Shown here piece by piece: positions 1 to 10,251 of a stretch of 64,000 nt of DNA. The stretch comes from Squalus acanthias (Eukaryota). Position numbers and translations under genes: made by a program. How positions within the stretch are numbered: position 1 is the first letter of the stretch; every line of letters starts with the position of its first letter. The stretch covers positions 49,600,001-49,664,000 of the forward strand of contig CM059435.1 in assembly GCA_030390025.1 (NCBI GenBank), written 5' to 3'. Below the pieces are notes generated by a model. That model made no database searches and had not been told where the DNA came from. It worked only from the letters and a program-made list of their open reading frames with translations.

Positions 1-1571
1 GAATTGGATCTACTGCTTGGTATATTATTAGTTATCTTTTTTTACTAGACTTTTTTATATGGTTAGGTGATCACTATGGTCAATTTCACAAAACCAATAA
101 TGATTACAGTGCAATGAAATAAGCTAAATTTACACTCTAGAATGTTATTAGAATTCTTTTTAATAGAATGTTTCAAGACCCTGCCTATTATGACATTCAT
201 AGAATATTAGTTGATTGTTTCCATGAAAACATCTTCCCATTTTGTGTGTCTCAGTCAGTTACAAACCTGATGACTGAATGCTATGTTTGTAAAGTGACTT
301 AGAAAATCTTTTTGGGACATGCATAGACTTCTACAAAGGTAAAGCATGTATACTATTCACATAAACTGTGCAGTTTAAAAAATAATGTAAATATTGCACT
401 TATACTGGCCAGTATATATGCTTAATAGAATCATAATTATTAATTTGAAGAAAACATTAATATTTAATATTTTGTTTGCATTTGTATTAAAATACACTAA
501 ATGAAAATGGTGCTTATTATAAATAATGGGGGTAGACAATGGAATAATCTGAAAGCACACTAAGATACTTTTTACTTTAAGTTCTATCTATGATTGACTT
601 AGGTTTGACGTAGCTCTGACTGCTTTAGAAAGCAACATCCTTTTTTTTAAAGGCAACCCTCTCAAAATTAGGGCTTAATTGCCATTGACAACCTTTATTT
701 ATAAGTGCTCTTTTGTTCACATATATATTAGTAATTTATTTTAATTATTAGATGATAGTGGTTTTGTTTTAGTGAATTAAATATGTTCTTTCATCAATAT
801 TTGACAAAAAGGAGGGTATTCCAGGAATTACAGTTTTAAAATTATACAACCCTCTAAATTTTCTTGGCTAAGATGCTCTTAAGCATTCAGAGAAAATGTT
901 TATGGTGAACTTTAGTTTCGAGTTAATTATTAGGAACTCTCGGGCATAAAAATAAGGCTTTTCCCAACTATTATTGTCTTCAACAACCGGATCAATGAAT
1001 TCACCTGCTGGACAGCACTCACCCTGGAGTAAAGAGCTGGCACCAACTCAAACCACTGATGCAGGGTTAATATTGCTGCGACAGAATCTCTCTGTGTTAC
1101 TCCCAAGCATCTAAAATAGATCCGTGTAGGACTCCACGTGGAACTACTGCCATTCAGAAATCCAACAGCTCAAATTGAGAAGTGATTGTCTTGGATTTAT
1201 CTCGGGATAAAGATTTCAATCAGTCCTAATACTTACCAAGGGTTGGGCAGTGGGGAAGAGATATCCTAGAATTTACCCCGACACAAAAGGCTCCCTTTTA
1301 ACTAAGAAACAACATTGAACCAACACACACACACATATTCTTTCTGATAGAACTTCGTTTAATTTTTGAAGACACCAAACCCAGGTCACAAACGAGACTG
1401 ACTGACAATGGGTAGCTTACACTGTTTAGATCTCTGTGTGGAATGGCATCAAAAATGATAGGTTGGAGGGTGTGCAGTACAGTGCAGTACAGAAATAAAA
1501 AGTGAAGGCTTAATTTCAGTTCAGAAATTTGCAGCTCCAAAACCAAACAGAGTTGAAAATGGATTTCATAC

Positions 1572-1885
1572 AATCATAGAATGATATAGCACAGAAGGAG
1601 GCCATTTGGCCCATCGTGCCTGTGTCTGCTCTTTGAAAGAGCTGTCCAATTAGTCCCACTCCTCTACTCTTTCCCGTAGCCCTGCAAATTATTACCCTTC
1701 AAGTATTCATCTAATTCCATTTTGAAAGTTACGATAAAATCTGCTCCACCTCCCTTTCAGGCAGTGCATTCCAGATTATAACAACTTACTGCGTAAATTA
1801 TTTTTTCAAGTCGTCTCTGGTTCTTTTGCCAATTACCTTAAATCTGTGTCCTCTGGTTACCGACCCTTCTGCCACTGGAAACAAT
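1572..1885 (-). mobile_element. CR1 LINE 3' end (segment 1 of a CR1 split by two later insertions)
   Basis: Reverse complement of a typical CR1 tail (TCATAGAAT..., GGAGGCCATTTGGCCCATCG hairpin). The sequence resumes in register at 2730. Confidence 0.85.
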
Positions 1886-2729
1886 AGGCTCGATTTTCAC
1901 CGGCCCGTGGAGGCGGGTTTGGAGGCAGGAGTGGTGTCAAAATAGCAGATTCGGGGGTCCCGAACCCATCCCGCCCCCAACCCGCCTCCATGCCAGTTTC
2001 ACAGGAAGCGGGTACCCGACCTGTGCAGGGACCCGCCTCCCCGAGGCGGGAAGGGGATTAGTGCCAATAAACTGCCTGTTAACAGGTAGTTAACAGGCAG
2101 TTTTTTGCCTAATCCCTATTTTTAGCCCTGAAGTGTGGGCTTCCCGACAGGTCCGAACCACGCCGATTTAGCGAGGCGGACCGTCGGTCTGGAGGGCTTG
2201 GAGGGTTCGAGATGTCCGGTGTGCAGGTGAGTGATGGGTGCATGAGTGCAGAGGTAAGTGTGTTTGGTGTGTGTAAAGTGTTCTAAGAACTTTTACTTAC
2301 CTTAACTTTGTCCTGCAGGCTAGCTTCCTTAAGGTGTCGGGAGTCCCTCACGTCCACGACACAGAAAGCAGAATGGCCGCGGAGCTGTCAAAAGCTGGAG
2401 TCTCTGCTTTCTGTGCTGGATTGATTTCTAACTGAGTCTAAGTACAGGGACTCAAGTTAGAAATCATATTGTCAGTGTTTGACAGCTTCACAGAGCTGTC
2501 AAATGCTGAAATTTCATCAGTCAAAAGCTCTTGACAGATGAAATTTCAATGGCTGACGTCACCTGTATCCAAGGGACCCTTGATTGGCCTGCTAAGCCCG
2601 CTGGGCGGGCTTAACAAGGTCAATCAAGGGAAAATACAGTGGGTTGGCCACAAGTCGATGGAGGCGGGACTACAACCCAAAAAGTGGGAGTCCCGTCTCC
2701 ATCACGTCCCCATTGACAAAATCCAGCCC
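1886..2729. mobile_element. Non-autonomous Harbinger-type element (MITE) inserted in CR1
   Basis: Imperfect TIRs AGGCTCGATTTT / AAAATCCAGCCC. AAT is duplicated at 1883-1885 and 2730-2732, and the CR1 sequence is continuous across the insertion. Confidence 0.8.
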
Positions 2730-3432
2730 AATTTATTTTTATTTACCCTATCAAAACCCTTCATGATTTTGAAAACCTCTATCAAATCTCCCCTTAATCT
2801 TCTCTGCTCTAAGGAGAACAACCCCAGCTTCTCTAGTTTCCCCACATAACTGAAGTCCCGCATCCCTGGTACCATCTAGTAAATCTCCTCTGCATCTTCT
2901 CCAAGGCCTTGATATCATTCCTAAAGTGTGGTGCCCAGAATTGGCCACAATACTCCAGCTGGGGGCTAACCAGTGTTTTATAAAGGTTTAGCATAACATC
3001 CTTGTTTAAACCTCTATTTATAAATCCAAGGATCCCGTATGCCTTTTTAACAGCCTTCTCAACTTGTCCTGTGACCTTCAAAGACTTCTGTACATACATC
3101 CCCAGGTCTCTCTGCATCTCCTTTAAAATTGTACCATTTAGTTTATATTGCCTCTCCTCATTCTTCCTACCAAAATGACTCACTTCACACTTCTCTGCGT
3201 TAAATTTCACCTGCCATGTGTCTATGTCCTTCTGAAGTCTGTTACTATCCTCCTCACTGTTTACTACATTTCTGAATTATCTTTCATCTGCAAACTTTGA
3301 AATTATGCCCTGCATACCCATGTCCAGGTCATTAATATATATCACGAAGAGTAGTGGTCCGAATACTGCCCCCGGGAACACAACTGCGCATTTCCCTCAA
3401 GTCTGAAAAAACACCATTCACGACTACTCTCT
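2730..3432 (-). mobile_element. CR1 LINE ORF2 RT C-terminal region (segment 2), degraded
   Basis: ORF 2833-3210 (MKFNAEKCEV..QLEYCGQFWAPH) is typical CR1 ORF2. Confidence 0.9.
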
Positions 3433-3939
3433 GGGGGAAAAATTCGGTACCTTAGCGCCTCCCGTTAGCGGCAGCAGATGGCACTAACGGGACACTAGAG
3501 CATTATTGCCGGGGCGAGACAAATCCAACGCCACACAGCAAATCCCGCCCCTCCCCCTGCAGTGCCACTACTAACAGTTATCGCCGGGAGCCTCAATGCC
3601 AGGTGGATTGTGACGTCAGTGAGTGTGCAACACTCACTGGCTGCCCGATCTGCAAAATTGATTGCCGCCACCTACCTTAGCACCTGGAGGGAACAGTGAC
3701 AGGGAGAGCTGACGTGAAGCAATGGGAAGCCGGCTCCAGGGACGTTATTTAAAGGAATCATCAGTAATGAGTCACAGCTTTAGGTTAGTGGAGTTTCAGT
3801 GCTTTCTTGTCAGTTTCACATAGTGCAACAGTCTCATTCCATAATTTCAAGATTATTTAGTATCAGGAGTATTGTGGCAACTAAAAAGTAGCTAAATTTA
3901 TTCTTAAAAAAATTCAAACTGCTACACTTGGTTACATTA

Positions 3940-5052
3940 ATGGGGCTGCACTGGCAGTCGACCTCACCCTCCAAGATCTACGGTGGAGGGTGTGAAGGCA
4001 GCGAGAAAGACTGGAACATGTAGCCAGAGGGTGAATGAAGACAATCAGGGCTCTCAACAGGAGAACTCCGAGGGTATTCCGAGAGCACTTCTCTTACCTT
4101 CAATTAAGCGAGGAGCAGTGTATTAGAAGGCTCTGCTTCACCAAGGAGATGGTCACGGAACTCTGCCACCTCCTGCAACCAGACCTCCAGCTTCAGATCA
4201 GGGTGACCACGGCTCCCTCAGTGGCAGTCAAGGTCACCATCGCCCTCAATTTCTTTGCCAGGGGATCCTTCCAGTCTGTAACAGGAGACATAGCTAACAT
4301 CTCAGCAGTTCGCTGTCCATCGCTGCATCTGGGAGGTCACAGAGGCTCTCTACAGTAAGAGATGTGATAACATTTCCTTCCCCATCACCAGAGAGTAGCA
4401 GGACAAGCATGCATGTGGCTTTGCCAGGTTAGCGGGATTCCCCATGGTGCAGGGTGCCATTGCCTGCATCCACGTTGCTTTGCGGGCACCACATAATAAT
4501 CCTGAGATCTTCCATAACTACAAAGGCTACCACTCACTTAATGTGCAGTCGGTGTGTGACCACAGACAGCGAATCCTCAATGTCAATGCCCGTATCCTGA
4601 CAGCAACCATGATACCTTCATCCTGTGCCAGACAAGGGCTATCCACTCTCCACCTGGCTCATGACTCCCTCCACAACCCCAACACTCCTGCCCAGCACTC
4701 ATATAATGAGAGCCATACTGCCACCAGGAACATCATTTAGCAGACCATCGGGGTGTTCAAGCAATGGTTCCGTTGTCTTGACTGCTCGGGAGGAGTCCTC
4801 CAGAACTCAGCTGAGCAGGTGTCCCATTACATTGTGGTCTGCTGCATGCTCCACAACTTGGTCATCATGAGGACCCAGCCCTTGCCATAAGGGATTGTGG
4901 GACCACCTCAAGAGGAGGAAGAGGGAGAGGGAGAGGAGGATAAGGAGGAAGAGGAAGACGAGGAGGACGAGGATGAAGAGGAACTGGACAGCCACTCAAT
5001 CGGCCTTCCGGAAAGGCGGTCCTTGATCGCCTCATCAGACTGCGGTTTGAAT
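3940..5052 (+). pseudogene. Harbinger DDE transposase pseudogene
   Basis: Fragments LSEEQCIRRLCF, VAVKVTIALNFFARGSFQ, VQGAIACIHVAL, KGYHSLNVQ, DKGYPLSTWLMTP and a poly-Glu tail. Has stops, frameshifts and a deletion relative to 21130-22290. Confidence 0.9.
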
Positions 5053-5269
5053 GAATTAAACCCAAGATCCCTGTTGCTCACCACATCCCCATCATTCCAT
5101 CCCTGTCGCAGGCCATATCACAGCACAAAGCTGAAATGAGACACACCACAAAAGAATCCAAACTAGATTAATAAATTTATCACAAATCAGTGAACACATA
5201 TTTTCAACAAAAATATTAACTATTCACACTTGTGCAATCCCTTAGTGCCTCTTGTTACAGTGCCTTTGC

Positions 5270-7092
5270 CTACTCTAGTGCTCTATGAAGTGTTGGCCTA
5301 GTGGCTGCAGCAGGGCTAGTGGAAGGCTGCTGAGTGTCTGTGCGGGAGACTTCAGGTGGCCTTGCAGGACGCCCTCGAACAGCTCTGGGCCTGGAAAGCC
5401 CGGCTGTAAACAGCACTACCTCAGCATGGGCGGCAGCAGTCTGGGCTGGCTGGATGACAGGCAGCGACAAGGGCAATGGCGGAGTGGCAGTGGTGGGAGC
5501 AGGAATGCTGTCATCCTGAGAGAGGACAGCGGGTTCCTGCTCCAGTGACCCACTGCCACTCCCCCGGGGCAGCACCTCAGCATCCCTAGCAATCTGCTGG
5601 AGCACAGATTGCTGGCCTGCTGCGACACTGTGAAAGCCCCAGTTGACGGCAGGAGACCCAGCCATGATGGCAGCAGTCAGAGCTTGCGTGGCATCAAGCT
5701 GAGACTGCATGAGAGCAGTCTGAGATTGGATGCCACTAAGCATAGACTGCATTACAGCACTAAGATGTCGTGTGGCTTCCGCCTGTGCTTCAGTGGAAGC
5801 TGACAGATCGCCCATCACACATGGCATCAGGTCTGGTTCGCCACGGTCTCTCTGGGAGTCTACCATCCTATGCAGACTGGAAATGATGGGCTCCATGGTG
5901 TGCGCAGAGCTTTGTGCAATGTGGGAGGTGGACTCCTCCACGCTCCTTATCATTGCCGAGAGGCTCTCGGGCACCCTTGCCATTGCATCTATCATCTTCG
6001 TGTGCATGCCCATCACACTTCTTCTAAATGCCTCCCCATCAAGTTCCTCATCTGAGTCCTATTAGGCAGAACTCGCGCGCGAACTCGCCCTCCAGGGAGC
6101 TGACACCCGAGCTACCCTTTCTCCCTGGCCTTGCTGCAGCCCACTCGTCACTGGTGCCTCACCCTGGACAGATCCCGCTACTATACTAGCCTCTAATGAA
6201 CGCGTAGTGCCAGTATCTGAGCTGGTGCCTGCGGATGAGAGATGCATGATGCAGTGTGTTCTTCCTCCTCCTCTTCTCCACCTCGCTCTCTACCATGCCC
6301 TCAGGGACAGGCTGCTCAGATGCTTGCTCATTATCTGAAAGCATAAAGACACAAGAGTCGGTGAGGGGATGGGGGCAGGAAGGGAGAAATGCATGCATAC
6401 AGCATGATTAGCTGGAAAGTGCAAAACGCTTGTGAGATGAGGGTGAAGTGGAATGTGAAAAGAAGGAGTAGGGATGAACATACCGCATCACCGGTGGCCA
6501 TGGCACCCACCACCTGGTGCCCAATAATCTGCAGCACTCTTATTTTCCAACACAGACAGTAGTTGGGTGTCGGCTTGTCCCCCGCCTGTGCGCTCCTGCT
6601 CCCTCCTGTTGTGAGCCACCTTGGCCTGCAAGAGAAAGGAAAGTGTGAGTGAGTGTGGAGCAATGTGTTTCGGTGATGTGCCTGTCATAGTTGAATAGCT
6701 GTCATTGTGTGCAAGGTGTGAGATGTGGGTGTAATTGTTGGTTGGTAGAGATTGTTGGTGGGTGAGTGCTGGGGGTGTGGTGCTTTGGGCAGTGTGTGCA
6801 GACTGAGGTGCAGATAGTGGTATGTAGCATTTGTTGAAGCATTCACTCACCATGATTAGCTGAGTGAGGTCTTAAATTTCTTCCTGCACTATGTGTGGGC
6901 CCTGGGGAGCACAGTGCTGCCCGACAAGTGCTGCACTACCTCCCTCCACATGGTGCGGAAGACTTGCGGTGATGGCCTCCTGCCACTTGCCGGGTAGAGC
7001 ACCGCCCTCCGTCTCTCCACAGCGAACACCAATGCCTCCAATGCTTGATCGCTGAATCTGTGGGCTCTCTCCCTGGGGCGTGGATCTGCCAT
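5270..7092 (-). pseudogene. Harbinger Myb/SANT-like DNA-binding gene pseudogene (3 exons)
   Basis: Exon 1 MADPRPRERAHRFSDQALEALV..WREVV (stop before CRKKF). Exon 2 AKVAHNRREQERTGGG follows a TTGCAG acceptor. Exon 3 includes ORF 5270-6016. Colinear with 18996-20817. Confidence 0.85.
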
Positions 7093-7240
7093 GGGTACAG
7101 CTGCTTCAGTCCTCCGGCTCCTTCTCCTTGGCCTGCTGCTGCTTGCTGAAGCAGCTGCACAGCCAGAAATGCTGAGAATGAGGTTCGGCAGCATCAATGA
7201 ACCTCCCCTTTAAGTACTGGGAAAAACCTGTGGCAATCAT

Positions 7241-7923
7241 GGGCCAGATATTCCGATCGCAGGCCTCCCGCGGGCGGAGGGCTGCAATCTGAAAAAATCT
7301 GCGCCCTTACCTGAGGGCTCCCGGGAGGCGCACAGTTCCGATGCTGGGCCTCTCCAAACTGCCGGTGCGCAGGGCCCACGTATCCCAGAGGTGCAGGTAG
7401 TTTGTAGTGTCCCTAGGATCACGTGGGCCATGGGGAGCCAATCAGTGAAGGGAATCTCCATTCATACATTTGACAGGAAGACCTGTCAATTATATGAGTG
7501 GAAATCACCCCCAAAACATCGTAAAACTTCAAATAAATTAAAAAAAAAATCATATTTTTAAAATGACTTGAAATTACATAAATTAACTATTTTAAACAAC
7601 ATTTTAAATGTTTGAAAAAAATAATTAAAGCTTTTAACGGGGCTAAAAATAAACTTACCTTTCTTTAAAGTGTTTTTAAATGATAAATCAGTGGAATTTT
7701 TTTTTTACCAGACGCAAGAATTGTAAGTGTTTTCTGCGGGCGGAGGGTCTCCAAAAAGCGGAACTCTCCGCCCACAGAGGTCCTTCTCCCGAGCTTTCTT
7801 GACAGATCGGAAATGCCTGTTTCCAGCGCATGCGCAGTGCATGCCTGAAACCAGCATTTCCAATGTCCCTACGGGTGGGTACACAGCACGTACCCACCCG
7901 TAGGGATCGGAATATCCAGGCCC
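7241..7923. mobile_element. Harbinger-type MITE nested in Harbinger copy A
   Basis: TIRs GGGCCAGATATTCCGATC / GATCGGAATATCCAGGCCC; CAT TSD (7238-7240, 7924-7926); AT-rich core. Same family as 41257-41961. Confidence 0.9.
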
Positions 7924-7973
7924 CATGACTTGCGATTAGACTGCACCTGATATTGGTCCACCCTTTCAGTGTA

Positions 7974-8755
7974 GCTCTTTTAGTGGAAGCAATAACCAAA
8001 CAAGCTAACTTAACAGAAACATTAAATGAAACTTAACAACTTAAATTGAAACATTTTTGTCGGAGGTGATGATGCACTCCAGTCCCTGCGGTACCCACCG
8101 GTCGCGGAAGGCCTCGAGCGTGCCGGCGGACACCGCCTGCTCCATCTCCAGGGCCACCCGGGCGCGAACGTGGCCGCGGAAGAGAGGCAGGCAGTCGGGC
8201 CGAACGACCCCCTCGACCGCCCGCTGCCTGGACCAGTTGATGGCCTTTTTGGCCAGGCCCAGGAGCAGTCCTACGAGGAGGTCCTCCGATCTGTCCCCTC
8301 CCCTCCGCACCGGGTGACCAAAGATCAGGAGCGTGGGACTGAAGTGCAGCCAAAAATCGAGGAGCAGCCCCTTCAAATAATGGAAGAGGGGCTGCAACCT
8401 CTTATATTCTATATTTAAATGAAAAACAGACTCCTCCAGGCCGCAAAAATGGCAAGCAGCCTGGGAGTAGTGAACCTATTTAAAACCCTATTGCACGGGA
8501 CTGCTCCGTGCAACACCCTCCAGGCCAAGTCCCCAATAGATAAAGGGAGGACTCCCGCATAGAGAGCCCTCCATTGGGGACCTCCGCCTCCGCCGGACAG
8601 CAAGATGGTACGCCAAGGCGTGTCCGGACGGCAGACAAAGATGGCAAAGTGGAGAGTGTGCAGGAGCGGCCCATATAGGAAGCCCCTCCGCGCTGAATGA
8701 AAAGGCATAGAGGGCATTTCCCCGAGACAGCTCAAGTTGTGAGGCGCCGGCTCCC
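7974..8755 (-). mobile_element. Tx1-clade LINE, 5'-truncated ORF2 C-terminus (copy 1)
   Basis: DLAWRVLHGAVPCN..(CxxC)..LQPLFHYLKGLLL..LLLGLAKKAINWSRQ is the zinc-knuckle C-terminus of Tx1/L1-group ORF2. Confidence 0.8.
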
Positions 8756-8768
8756 CCCTTTGAGTGTA

Positions 8769-9552
8769 CTCTTTTTTTTATATGGGTACCAAATCAAAAA
8801 CTGGAAATCAATAAAACTTTAAATAAAACTTAACAACTCAAATTAACATTGTGTTGGCCGGGGTGACGATGCACTCCAGTCCCCGCGGTGCCCACCGGTC
8901 GCGGAAAAACTCAAGCGTGCCGGCGGACACCGCGTGCTCCATCTCCAGGGCCACCCGGGTGCGAACATGGCCACGGAAGAGAGGCAGGCAATCGGGCCGA
9001 ATGACCCCCTCGACCGCCCGCTGCCTGGACCAATTAATGGCTTTTTTAGCCAGGCCCAGGAGCAGTCCTACGAGGAGGTCCTCCGACCTGCCCGCTCCCC
9101 TCCGCACCGGGTGACCGTAGATCAGGAGCGTGGGGCTGAAGTGCAACCAAAAATTGAGGAGCAGCCCCTTCAAATAATGAAAGAGGGGCTGCAACCTCTC
9201 ACATTCCACATAAATGTGAAACACGGACTCCTCCAGGCCGCAAAAATGGCAAGCAGCCTGGGAGTAGTGAACCTATTTAAAACCCTATTGCACGGGACTG
9301 CTCCGTGCAACACCCTCCAGGCCAAGTCCCCAATAGATAAAGGGAGGACTCCCGCATAGAGAGCCCTCCATTGGGGACCTCCGCCTCCGCCAGACAGCAA
9401 GCTGGTACGCCAAGGCGTGTCCGGACGGCAGACGAAGATGGCAAAGTGGAGAGTGTGCAGGAGCGGCCCATATAGGAAGCCCCTCTGCGCAGAATGAAAA
9501 GGCATGGAGGGCATTTCCCCGAGACAGCTCAAGTTGTGAGGCGCTGGCTCCC
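8769..9552 (-). mobile_element. Tx1-clade LINE, 5'-truncated ORF2 C-terminus (copy 2)
   Basis: ORFs 8838-9224 and 9170-9532 (ACHFCGLEESVFHIYVEC across a frameshift). T-tract at 8772-8779 is the poly(A) on the minus strand. Confidence 0.8.
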
Positions 9553-9729
9553 CCCTTTGAGTGTAATGCCAATGAGCTTGGGCTTAAAGATTTGAATTAG
9601 CGCTCCAATCATTTCTTTGAGCAGTGAGCATGAATTTTGCATGCAGTCTAAAGCATTAGCACCTGGCGCTAATTCTCCAACTTTTCCAATGATACCGCCC
9701 ATTCCTGGGCTATAATGAATTTCTAGCCC

Positions 9730-10228
9730 TCTGCTTCTTGTCCCTTAGCCAATTTTGTATCCACACAGCCACTGTCCCTTCAATTTTACTAACAAGTTTA
9801 TTATGTGGTACTTTAGCAAATGCCTTTTGAAAGTCTATATACACAACATCAACTATACCACCCTCATCAACCCTTTTCGTTTTTTCATCAAAGAACTCAG
9901 TCAAGTTAGTCAAACACGATATGCCTTTAGCAAATCCGCACTGGCTTTCATTTATTAACCCACATTTTTCCAAGTAACAATTAATTTTTGTCCTGGATTA
10001 TTATCTCTAAACGTTTCCCCATCACTGATGAAAGACTGACTGGCCTGTAGTTGCCGGATTTATCCCTCTCCCATTTTTTAAACAGGGCTGTAACATTTGC
10101 AATCTTCCAGTCCCCTGGCACCACTCCCATATCTAAGCAAGATTGGAAGATTGTGGCCAGATCCTCCACAATTTCCCTCCTTAGTTCCCCTTAGCAACCT
10201 AGGATTCATCCCATCCGGATGGGGTGAA
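9730..10228 (-). mobile_element. CR1 LINE RT region (segment 3)
   Basis: ORFs 9710-9973 (DVVYIDFQKAFAKVPH) and 9981-10169 (NYRPVSLSSV). Confidence 0.9.
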
Positions 10229-10251
10229 TGCTGCCAACCTTTTACGTACAA

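Larger units (their letters stand above)
3433..9729 (+). mobile_element. Full-length but decayed Harbinger transposon (copy A) with nested MITE and Tx1 insertions
   Basis: Ends GGGGGAAAAATTC / GAATTTCTAGCCC. TCT is duplicated at 3430-3432 and 9730-9732, and CR1 resumes exactly after it. Contains a transposase (+) and a Myb/SANT gene (-). Confidence 0.88.

Noticed and set aside
375-560. 61-aa minus-strand ORF in AT-rich DNA
   Set aside because: Low-complexity, with no recognisable motif or convincing start. The region looks like UTR or intron.
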